From positions 171,673 to 235,672 of the IMG/VR virus record IMGVR_UViG_3300020473_001965: a stretch of DNA of 64,000 bases; one strand, given 5' to 3'. Shown here piece by piece: positions 10,001 through 17,629 of this stretch. The position numbers and the translations under genes are program-made. Each line of letters starts with the position of its first letter. The stretch's first letter is position 1. Below the pieces are notes generated by a model that made no database searches, was not told the DNA's origin, and saw nothing but the letters and a program-made list of their open reading frames with translations.

Positions 10001-10151
10001 CTCGAATATCTTCTCGAAGATCATCAACACCAGGATCAGCTGTACCGTCTCCCTGCTGATCGATTATATAATCGATCTTGTCAGTACCTTCTTTGGCACC
10101 ATAGGGGTGTGCCCTTAGAAAATCTTTTAATGTTGATCTTGACTCTGCCAC
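7002..10151 (-). CDS. tail tube initiator-like baseplate protein with large N-terminal extension
   Basis: FNAFLTSLSDSYTANY...GYGRADPVMIYNNTQRAIGMTFWV...LTTLMYPQY...PMIRLRLGD...GFITQMDF resembles tube-fold initiators; lies between TMP and LysM genes; GTG start. Confidence 0.6.
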   Translation of the reverse strand: MAESRSTLKDFLRAHPYGAKEGTDKIDYIIDQQGDGTADPGVDDLREDIRDALGDYVAKETNESNRYFLKPGSEDFSIIADDGGRAHHTVGSGGSAVSYDKNIDAAGLRSYYDTISGGSAPDAKGGGTFDGNQIADVVDKSGKDEAKTGHEALKQARDKALISPVLTQFNRFHPDGKSPYNPSRSPMSSGDVDALKFVSKQDKLGEYDSNSGGVKLKEMKDIGHKLIVAATGHSPSTGDLAAILPSLQQLGATKVDPNDVLARNVEKPGFGGGNRETKGASVTKVYKGFRDKSWGVLNSPLEPFGATPKMGMTVLVIALVLAIGILVDLVAMIIGALILPLPSSNKLVSSYNNPNPGKIGKFFRGSGAALVKPSFFGVRPTNMDFVEATSLGTEIFFGEVDAFKGGSGGIFSFLPGGRNINDSPGYYSIVFRAVIRSTIEIGLAFGDIFKGGLFAALGAIADLFATIRNSKLIGYINMLAAMGDIYEDVLIEADASKIISKPGDASGVIDTKVSSIDAIELKAGIQEYRVGKSRYTIDGADQTLVWRQGAPPSTYLISADVLTMAKSVGGEIVSFGLEDPNYQNEFKDALGDDHRYKQQVLDSGDTRLSAELVKKVEDLCEGEYMPFYFHDIRTNEIVSFNAFLTSLSDSYTANYDSNQGYGRADPVMIYNNTQRAIGMTFWVVSTNPRDFDEMWWKINKLTTLMYPQYSGGTMVQNPDVNDDKPFTAPFSQVLAASPMIRLRLGDLIKSNYSKFALARLFGPGVNPDFAAEAASDIISAVELTEDVNSAINKSATPEYAEPPLLGAISAKFTSKERVKVMIQKDGKEKMRQVWVPSGMVFEISKIEPTLESLEMGLTSGDFGNISKYGIAHCKVTAPIPPARKTVVGAAGALAAAALKYGTFQQAMKVRDLDLSKVVIPYYILAKAGVFEVDPDSIEYAPAADPPDFGEFMSSETNPVVRAFESSMGRGLAGFITQMDFQWLDQITWETSEGSKAPKACQITISFSPIHDIGPGLDKYGMNRAPIYNAGNSVGKLARGPYEKSKPNGD

Positions 10152-10167
10152 TTAAGTTCACCTATTA

Positions 10168-10416
10168 CTAAGTATTCATCTTCTGAATATTCTCTTTAAA
10201 CTCCTGACGCTCTTCGTCAGATAGCTCATTTAATCCTTGATAGAATTTTGCGATGTTTGGCATGAATATACTGGTTATCTCTTCAACAAAACCTTCTACG
10301 TGTGCCTTCTGTTCTTCATCGAGCTGATCGTAGTACTTCTTGAATCGATCGTCTTCTTGAAGCTTCTTTTTAAAGTCTACATCTAAAAGGTCGGATGGGT
10401 TTACTCTTGATGACAT
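10168..10416 (-). CDS. hypothetical helical protein
   Basis: 82 aa ORF with AGGAGA SD between TMP and baseplate genes. Confidence 0.7.
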   Translation of the reverse strand: MSSRVNPSDLLDVDFKKKLQEDDRFKKYYDQLDEEQKAHVEGFVEEITSIFMPNIAKFYQGLNELSDEERQEFKENIQKMNT

Positions 10417-10426
10417 TTCTTATCTC

Positions 10427-13400
10427 CTATTTGGGTGGTGGTGTCTTCTTAAATGGTAAGTGTACTTTGAAGTTTTCTGTTTGTAACATTGCCTTGGCCA
10501 GATTCTCTGCGTCAAGATGAATATCAAGCGCGAAGTTAATCGATATCGGCTTGTCTTTGATCTTAGTAAATTCTTCTACGATTGATAAATGATCTTCAAT
10601 ATCATCGATTGTGGCTTTCAATTCAATGTTAGGAATGCCTTCAACCAGCGTGTTGATTGTAGCAAGCTCCATTGCCAGTGCTTCGATGTGCCCCTGGAGC
10701 GTAACGGCAGCTTCGATTCTCTCATCCCAGAGTTCTGGAATATAACCATAAAGGAATTCATGCTGGAATAAATCAGCTAGGTCGTTACCATCTGTAATGG
10801 CGTCTTGCATGTAACTGTACATCTCAGCAAAAGTTCCCGCGTATGCACCCATATTGTATCCCGAAGCATTGGCATTATACAACATACTCCCGATAGATTC
10901 AAATGCATTGGCCATGACTACACCCGCTTCATTAAAGTTGTCTGTCATTGATGGACCCAGCTTCATTATCTTCTTTGATGACTCGTTCAAGTTGGACATC
11001 GAGTCCAACGTACTGTTAACCAACCCTACTTGTTTCTGGATAGCTTCTTGCTGCTCGGCGAAGGCGGACATGCCCCGGCCCATCATTTCGAGCATTGTTC
11101 CTCCGGTTGCCCGGTCTAGCGCCGTTTTGCCGTCTTCGGTTTTGGCGCGGGCTGTGTCTCGAACTCGTTGCTGACCATGCATGCCGGCGAGGTGCTGCAA
11201 CTTGTTCTCCATCATCTCATCTGCGGAGATGTCCAACATCCCCAGGGCAACCAGTTGGTCATTTCCTGCGCCCCCGAAGCCGGCTTCACTCATTTCTCGC
11301 TGCATCTTCTTCCCGGCCAAGCCCATTTCAATCATCTCTACTTGGAACTTGTCATTCATCTTCTTGATGCGTCGAAACATGCCGTCGGGCCCGAGCATAA
11401 CAGATTCAAAATCAGAGATTGCGTTTTCCATCGCAGACTGAGCAGCTGCTCGATCGAACTCAATATCTGATGCATCGTGCATTGTCTTGACGATGTCTTG
11501 AACACCTCCGACGACTGTCTGGATCATCTGAAATGCTGTCTGAATGCCTTTACCAGTTGCTGATAATTCTCCAGTATTGGGATCTATTCCGAATTTTCCT
11601 GCAATTGCCGGACCTATTGCCTCCATTGCGTCGAGCGCAGTGTTAATACCTGAGTCTAGGCCTTCAATCAGCCAGCTACCATTCTGCTTCATTACTTTGG
11701 ATTCAGATCCGAACTTCCAAAATTTCTTCAGGGAATCGCCCATTCCGGACGAAACCCTGCCCCACCCTTTCTTTAGACTGTTTAGCGCTCGTGACTTCTT
11801 GAATGGCGCGCCGAAACCGTCGAGTAGCCAACTGCCTGCTTTTTTAAGTCCTCCTAGAATCTTCCTTCCTGCGCCTGATTTAGTGAACTTCTTTAAAAAG
11901 CCTAGAGACTTTGAGAACATTCCGGTAAACTTTTTACTCTTACCTTCTTTTTCAACACCCATGTTGATACCTTGCATCATCGGGCGACCAATCCACTTTG
12001 CAAGGTTTTTGGCAGGGGATCCTAACCCGATCCAGCCTCCTACTTTCTTTAATCCTCTTTTGACACTTTTCTTTGCAGAGCGGCCGATGTCTTTTGCTTT
12101 TTTAACTCCAGAATCGATGCCATCCATGATGCCCTTTCCTACTTCTTTTGCTTTGGCTTTGGCTTTATCTTTGAGGTCCCCCAAGCCTTTCATGAGATTA
12201 CTGCCAAGGTTTTTTGCCATGCTCCAACCCTTCTTCACCCACTTGGCTGCTTTCTTAAACGGCCAAAGGAGAATGTTGACGATTGCATCTTTAGCCGCTG
12301 CAAAACCGTCGATCATCTCTTGCATTATTGGTGGGAGCGATCCGGGCAATAGCCAAGACCATACGCTCTTAATTATTTCCCAGGCTTTCTTGAACGGCCA
12401 AGTTATGATGTCGACGAAGGCTTGTCCGACTGAGGCGAACCATTCAATAGTGCTGTTCCAGGCGTCTCTAATCCAGTTTCCAAGATCTTGGAAGGCGCCC
12501 CAGATTACTTCTACAAATAGCCAGTGGAAGGCGTCTCCGAGACCTGCCCAAGAATCTATGAGCCCTTGTTCAAAATTAAAAAAACCAAATGTTAGGAAGT
12601 CACCAAAAGCTGCACCCCACTCTAAGAAGGCTCGAATACCCGAACCTATAGTGTCAAATACCTTTGATATAACACTGCCCGTACCAGTCCAAATGTCTTT
12701 AACCCTCGAGAGGTGCTCACCCATCTTTTTAAGCCCTTGCCAGAAGAAAACTACGGGTGTTACTAGCTTTCCAAACAACTTGCCGACACCTTTCAGCAGG
12801 CCTGCAAACTTTGATGTCTTTGGAAAAACATTTCCAAAGAAAGTACTGAATTTACTTCCTACGTCTTTAATCCATTTTCCGGCTGACTGAAACCACTGAC
12901 CTACTGTATAAAGAGGTTTAAACATCTTATCAGCAATCTTTCCAGGGCCGGTCAGCCAACTGAGGAATCCGTTCCACGCTGCTTGAAAAGGTTTGAAAAT
13001 AAAGCTGGCACCCTTCATTGCGTTCCAGATTGTACTGAAGAACCCTCCAATAAACGCTCCCGCACCAATAATACCCAGACCTGCAACTTTAAGAAGAACA
13101 GCAGGGCTGAAAAGTGCCATTAAAGCTAAAACGATATAGGCCGCTTCTTTAGGATTAGATTTTGCCCATTCATAAATTCCCTTGCAGATCTCGGCCAGAA
13201 TCAGTTCGATGTAGGGCCAGAGAGCTTTGAAGAATCGACCCCATGCGCTGAAGAGTTTCGCAAAACCCGATTCCATCTGGCCCACGTTTCCTTCCCCGGT
13301 TAGGGAGGCTTCGAACATTGGGAAGAATTCCTCTAGAGCCTTTGCAGCAGCAGTTACTAGTTCAGCTGCCATTCCGGCGAGGTAGTCCAGGGCTTTCATA

Positions 13401-15058
13401 ATGGCATCTTTGAATCCCATCCCAAATACTGATTGGAATGTCTTGTCAAAGTCTTGAAATGCTTCGGTAAATTTACCCTGCATCAACAAGTCAAAGAATC
13501 CGCCGGGTCGTGCAAGCTGGTCCATCAGTGGAAGTAGCTTGCTGATGTTGTCAATAATCTTGTCGAAAAACCCTATGTCAACGAGGCGTTGGAAAACCTC
13601 ACCTAGCTTCCAACCGAGTTCGTACATTTTCTCATTAAGTTCTTGAAACGACTGAAGATCGCCTTTTGACTTCATAAAGTCACTAAAGCCTTTCGTGATG
13701 TTCTCAAATATTCCACCTGTAGACAGAATTTCAATCATCTTTGAGAATTCATTAGTGAGATTCTTTACTGCGGCTGTCATCTTGTCCGCATCTGACATCT
13801 GGTCTTTTGAAGCTTTCTTCAAGTCTTTGACTGATTTACCCCTGTTCTTTTGTGAGAACATCAGCTGGGCTTCCTGCTCTGATAGGCCTGTCTGAGAAGC
13901 GAGGAGTCGTAACTGCGCTGCATTCATCTTTTCAGATGATTTCCCGGCGGCGAACATTCTCTTTCGCAACATCTCCAGATTCTTAATAGGATCCTTGGCA
14001 GCATTTTTCATCATCTTCATTGGATTTAGAGCCATGCCGAATGCTTGACCTAAAGCAGCTGCTGACTTGGCAGCATTATCGAAGTTCATAAACTTGTTTG
14101 TGATTTTAGCCAGGGACTTAAATGAAGTTCCAAGAGATCTTAAGCGACCTGCAGTTACGGCTGCAGTCTTAATTGTGATGTTACCAAAGTTGGCGACATC
14201 AGCCATTATCCCACCGATATCTTTCGAGATGACCTTTTGAGCAACCCCTGTTGCTTCCATCATTGCGTAGGATTGTTGAACTAATTCATCAGAGAAAGAA
14301 TTCAGGTCTCTTCCAGTAGCTAAGGCTCGTGTTCCCAAAGCTTGCATTTCGGTTGCACCAAGACCCAGCACCTTGCTTAGAATGAGCGTATTTTCAATGT
14401 TTGGCATTAGGCCATTGGCATCTAAAGCGTTAAATGTGTCGCCTAGATCTTCAGCAGCTTTACCCACTGCGGCATATTCCTCGCCTGACATGAACTTGAA
14501 CATGTTGCCAAACTTTTTCTCAACTGCGCCGGCGCCCTTGGCCATCTGGCGGAGACCCTTTGCTTGAGAACCGAACTGAGTTGCCAAATCTTGAGACTTT
14601 TGGGCAATCTCGGCACGCTTTTGGGCTATTTCATTAGCCATCTTCATCAACGCATTGACGACTTTTAGAGGTGCAATTATAAGGTTGAAGTTAAGCTTTA
14701 AGAAAGACTTGCCTAAAGATAGGAAGCCACCTCGCATCGCGTTGGCTGCTTTTGTCGCAAGCTCAATCGCGCTAGCCATACCCTTTAATGCTGCTGCGGC
14801 TACACCGGCTGCTCTACCAAACTTCTTTGTATCTTTAGCTGCTACACGCAAGGCCTTGCTAAGGGCACCTGTCATAGAGTTTGTTTTAGCAAGCTCTTTA
14901 CCAAATGTTGATCCAAAATCTCCGCCGGCGTCGGAAAGCCGGTTAATCTCTTGTGAACCTTTTCTCCATGCAGACGTAAGCTGTTGAGAGAGCTTTATCT
15001 GCTCACCCATAGCATCATTTATGTCATTTAAATCATCAACATTGATATCAGATGCCAT
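10427..15058 (-). CDS. tape measure protein
   Basis: 1543 aa, Ala/Gly/Lys-rich helical, W/F-periodic repeats, central hydrophobic segment, directly downstream of tube and chaperone genes. Confidence 0.85.
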   Translation of the reverse strand: MASDINVDDLNDINDAMGEQIKLSQQLTSAWRKGSQEINRLSDAGGDFGSTFGKELAKTNSMTGALSKALRVAAKDTKKFGRAAGVAAAALKGMASAIELATKAANAMRGGFLSLGKSFLKLNFNLIIAPLKVVNALMKMANEIAQKRAEIAQKSQDLATQFGSQAKGLRQMAKGAGAVEKKFGNMFKFMSGEEYAAVGKAAEDLGDTFNALDANGLMPNIENTLILSKVLGLGATEMQALGTRALATGRDLNSFSDELVQQSYAMMEATGVAQKVISKDIGGIMADVANFGNITIKTAAVTAGRLRSLGTSFKSLAKITNKFMNFDNAAKSAAALGQAFGMALNPMKMMKNAAKDPIKNLEMLRKRMFAAGKSSEKMNAAQLRLLASQTGLSEQEAQLMFSQKNRGKSVKDLKKASKDQMSDADKMTAAVKNLTNEFSKMIEILSTGGIFENITKGFSDFMKSKGDLQSFQELNEKMYELGWKLGEVFQRLVDIGFFDKIIDNISKLLPLMDQLARPGGFFDLLMQGKFTEAFQDFDKTFQSVFGMGFKDAIMKALDYLAGMAAELVTAAAKALEEFFPMFEASLTGEGNVGQMESGFAKLFSAWGRFFKALWPYIELILAEICKGIYEWAKSNPKEAAYIVLALMALFSPAVLLKVAGLGIIGAGAFIGGFFSTIWNAMKGASFIFKPFQAAWNGFLSWLTGPGKIADKMFKPLYTVGQWFQSAGKWIKDVGSKFSTFFGNVFPKTSKFAGLLKGVGKLFGKLVTPVVFFWQGLKKMGEHLSRVKDIWTGTGSVISKVFDTIGSGIRAFLEWGAAFGDFLTFGFFNFEQGLIDSWAGLGDAFHWLFVEVIWGAFQDLGNWIRDAWNSTIEWFASVGQAFVDIITWPFKKAWEIIKSVWSWLLPGSLPPIMQEMIDGFAAAKDAIVNILLWPFKKAAKWVKKGWSMAKNLGSNLMKGLGDLKDKAKAKAKEVGKGIMDGIDSGVKKAKDIGRSAKKSVKRGLKKVGGWIGLGSPAKNLAKWIGRPMMQGINMGVEKEGKSKKFTGMFSKSLGFLKKFTKSGAGRKILGGLKKAGSWLLDGFGAPFKKSRALNSLKKGWGRVSSGMGDSLKKFWKFGSESKVMKQNGSWLIEGLDSGINTALDAMEAIGPAIAGKFGIDPNTGELSATGKGIQTAFQMIQTVVGGVQDIVKTMHDASDIEFDRAAAQSAMENAISDFESVMLGPDGMFRRIKKMNDKFQVEMIEMGLAGKKMQREMSEAGFGGAGNDQLVALGMLDISADEMMENKLQHLAGMHGQQRVRDTARAKTEDGKTALDRATGGTMLEMMGRGMSAFAEQQEAIQKQVGLVNSTLDSMSNLNESSKKIMKLGPSMTDNFNEAGVVMANAFESIGSMLYNANASGYNMGAYAGTFAEMYSYMQDAITDGNDLADLFQHEFLYGYIPELWDERIEAAVTLQGHIEALAMELATINTLVEGIPNIELKATIDDIEDHLSIVEEFTKIKDKPISINFALDIHLDAENLAKAMLQTENFKVHLPFKKTPPPK

Positions 15059-15132
15059 TAGACAAACCGCCTTACGCTACAGTACCTGTAAAATAAATAT
15101 ACAGTTCTTAAAAATCTAGGTATATAAGGCGC

Positions 15133-15378
15133 CTACAAAGGCCAGTCAATGCCTACTTTTTTCAATTCTAAGACAGCTACTTTTTTCTCATTAACAAGGT
15201 CTTTTACCTCAGACAATGTTGTCTCTTCTGAGTCTAATGCTTCTAGAAGAGCAAGTGAAGCATCGTAGGCACGCCCCAATGTCTCTGTCCTTTTACCTTC
15301 TCGCTTAAGACCTGCATATTCCTTGCGCTCAAGAAGAGAAGAAGCAGCCCCTATAATAATTTTATCATGAGTTTTCAT
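15133..15378 (-). CDS. hypothetical protein
   Basis: ORF track starts at TTG 15390; ATG at 15378 has a GAGGT SD and is the more likely start. Confidence 0.6.
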   Translation of the reverse strand: MKTHDKIIIGAASSLLERKEYAGLKREGKRTETLGRAYDASLALLEALDSEETTLSEVKDLVNEKKVAVLELKKVGIDWPL

Positions 15379-15406
15379 TTGGTACCTCAAGATTAATTAT
15401 CTTCTA

Positions 15407-15670
15407 TCACGTGCTTCTTCTTAATCTTGCGGGAACTTGGGCCCTGTTTTTACCAGAGAGCATCCTTGATTGTGCGTCTTGCTGGTGTGCTGCATGTGGG
15501 TTAGGCTGTTGTTTTTCGTTAGCCTTTTCAATTTCTTTACCTGTTCTTTCTATAAACCAGTGTCGATACTTGACTGGTATGTTATAGGTCTCACTATAAG
15601 TGAAACCCATGTAATACATCAATAGAAAGTGTTGCTCAAGAAGTGCTTCTCTATCATTCGGCGTCAGGCC
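15407..15670 (-). CDS. tail assembly chaperone C-terminal extension (lambda T-like), probably reached by frameshift
   Basis: frame is open from the U7 run at 15677-15671 (GLTPNDREALLEQHFLLMYYMGF...); no SD in front of the TTG/ATG at 15622/15619. Confidence 0.6.
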   Translation of the reverse strand, partial: GLTPNDREALLEQHFLLMYYMGFTYSETYNIPVKYRHWFIERTGKEIEKANEKQQPNPHAAHQQDAQSRMLSGKNRAQVPARLRRST

Positions 15671-16520
15671 AAAAAAAGTTTACCCCGAGAGGTACCCCCA
15701 GTTCAGACCCCTCTCCACATGCAGGACACTCAAACCAGGAGGTCATGTCTATTCCTGGCTCTATATCGTCCATGTACTTTCTAAGTGCACGTGAGTCCCT
15801 TGCGGGCATATTTCTAATAAAGTTATTAATCTTTGATCGATCAGTAACTCCAGCGACTTCGACAAGAGTATGTTCAAGCCGTTGAGTAATATTGCTCTCT
15901 GAGATCTGTCCCATCTTCTTTCTTCTGGCATCGATCCTTGTAATTTCTTCTTCATCGGCGCCTGTCAAGAATCTGAACTTTACCTTCTTCTTAGTATAAG
16001 GTAGTTCGAAAGTAAAGAGGTTTTCACCTATGTCGTCTGGTGCTGCTCCTAGCCGGTTAATTGGCATTTCGGCTAAGTCAAACTCATATTTAGAGGATGT
16101 TCCACATTCAGGGCATGTTACCTCTGTTTTATACTCAGCACCGTATCCTGTAACTCTTAGAGCTATCATCAAAGCGTTTCGGTCACCAGAGATTAGGTCG
16201 GCTGCTCTAATGTTTTTGTCAACTAAGCAAGACTCAATTAGGTGTGTGATTACTGTCCCCTTTTTAATAAGAGCACGTGATGTCAGAATATCTTCTTCTC
16301 GAGCTGTCATAGGACGGATATCTACAGTTTCTTGGCCATGAAGAGGGTGATCTTCTGGATAGACTTGTCCTAAAGACGGCAACGGAACAGATTCATAAGG
16401 GATCTCTAGCCCAAAATCATCTTTCATTACATTGCTTATTGGAGCTCCTGGCATTGCCATTTTAGGTGCTTCTTCTTCAGAAAAAACCTTATTTCTAGTC
16501 TGTTTCTTTTTGTTGCTCAA
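15654..16520 (-). CDS. tail assembly chaperone / T4 gp26-like baseplate hub assembly protein
   Basis: VPLPSLG, IRPMTAREEDIL, GDRNALMIALR, two CPxCG motifs, ends NFFWP; between tube and TMP; TTG start with AGGAGAG SD. Confidence 0.7.
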   Translation of the reverse strand: MSNKKKQTRNKVFSEEEAPKMAMPGAPISNVMKDDFGLEIPYESVPLPSLGQVYPEDHPLHGQETVDIRPMTAREEDILTSRALIKKGTVITHLIESCLVDKNIRAADLISGDRNALMIALRVTGYGAEYKTEVTCPECGTSSKYEFDLAEMPINRLGAAPDDIGENLFTFELPYTKKKVKFRFLTGADEEEITRIDARRKKMGQISESNITQRLEHTLVEVAGVTDRSKINNFIRNMPARDSRALRKYMDDIEPGIDMTSWFECPACGEGSELGVPLGVNFFWPDAE

Positions 16521-16582
16521 TTTAAACTCTCCTAATTGACCTTATCAATTATTCACAAATACCCAATTTTAGTAAAACTTAT

Positions 16583-16987
16583 TTACACATAATTGTCAAG
16601 AAAATCATCATCAAGACCATCGTCTAAGTCATCTTCAAATTCATCTTCAATGTCTGCAAGCTCATAGATCTGATCTATGTCTTGAATATCTACAAATGTA
16701 TCGAAGTGATCTTCTGCTGTTGATAAAATATCTTCTTTGCCGAAGTAAAAATCCAATTTATCTTCGGGCACTTCAATTGTATCTTCACCCTTACCGTGGG
16801 TTACATCTAGGATGTATACGTTTACTCCCTGTTGCTTTTTAACAGACAGTACATTGAATGGTATGTCTATGTCGACACCTAATGATTCTGCACAATCCTG
16901 GTCACTTATGCACGCGATGCGACGAGAAGGCTGCACGTCTTTGAGCTTTTCACCATACTTTTGAAAAAGTAACTTTGATGTATCCAT
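16583..16987 (-). CDS. hypothetical acidic protein inserted in the tail operon
   Basis: 134 aa with D-rich C-terminus; has its own promoter after the tube terminator. Confidence 0.65.
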   Translation of the reverse strand: MDTSKLLFQKYGEKLKDVQPSRRIACISDQDCAESLGVDIDIPFNVLSVKKQQGVNVYILDVTHGKGEDTIEVPEDKLDFYFGKEDILSTAEDHFDTFVDIQDIDQIYELADIEDEFEDDLDDGLDDDFLDNYV

Positions 16988-16992
16988 GGTAA

Positions 16993-17021
16993 AATTTATT
17001 TTATTTTTCTAAACATGTAAA
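16993..17021 (-). promoter_or_regulatory. sigma70-like promoter, leaderless transcript
   Basis: TTTACA (17021-17016), 17 nt, TAAATT (16998-16993); ATG 6 nt downstream. Confidence 0.5.
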
Positions 17022-17025
17022 AATT

Positions 17026-17057
17026 AAAAAACTCTCGTAGTAATCTACGAGAGTTTT
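17026..17057 (-). terminator. intrinsic terminator after tail tube gene
   Basis: inverted repeat AAAACTCTCGTAG-TAAT-CTACGAGAGTTTT with U-run on the minus strand. Confidence 0.8.
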
Positions 17058-17082
17058 AAAGCAAAGCTTAATGACTAAATTA

Positions 17083-17571
17083 TCAGTACTGCAGTACGCA
17101 GTTGTCAAATCTTAGTGTCATTGCGATTTCAACTAAGTCTGATCCGTCGTAAGACAAGTCGTTGAAGTTAGCTTCTGTGAGAAATGCTCCCTTAATATCC
17201 CACAGTTCAACAACAGTACCTACTGGATCTAGAAGCTTGAGTTGACAATCACGCTTGTAGAAGTCAGCATAACCTGCGCGACCTGATACAGACTCGAAGT
17301 GTGTTCTTACCCACTCCATTACCTGTTGGGCACCAGAAGGTGCGATCGGATCGTGCAAGGTTACAGACATTGTGCCGAACGTTGTTTTGCCGGCGACGTA
17401 TCTGTGGTGGTTAATCCATGGAATTGCAACTTCCTCTGTGGTGTACGTTGGACGTGCAGCGGTTTTCATTAAGAATGCATCAATGCCCTCAATAGCGAAT
17501 ACCCATCGAAATTTTCTTTTGGGCTCGAACTTATTTGGGAGCATGTCAGTTACGGAAAGAGTATCAGCCAT
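17083..17571 (-). CDS. gp19: tail tube protein
   Basis: FEPKRKFRW, AARPT, YVAGKTTF, VTLHDPIAPSGAQQVMEW, YKRD, WDIKGAF, LRFDNC; follows sheath genes. Confidence 0.92.
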   Translation of the reverse strand: MADTLSVTDMLPNKFEPKRKFRWVFAIEGIDAFLMKTAARPTYTTEEVAIPWINHHRYVAGKTTFGTMSVTLHDPIAPSGAQQVMEWVRTHFESVSGRAGYADFYKRDCQLKLLDPVGTVVELWDIKGAFLTEANFNDLSYDGSDLVEIAMTLRFDNCVLQY

Positions 17572-17629
17572 TTTGGGTTTCTCCTGATGATATTATGCTA
17601 ATAATTATTACACTCATTTATTTTCTATC

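Noticed and set aside
11544-12890. 448-aa plus-strand ORF and other plus-strand ORFs (e.g. 6147-6665, 20943-21488, 55316-55801)
   Set aside because: Antisense to long, well-supported genes, no SD or family motifs; typical codon-bias shadows
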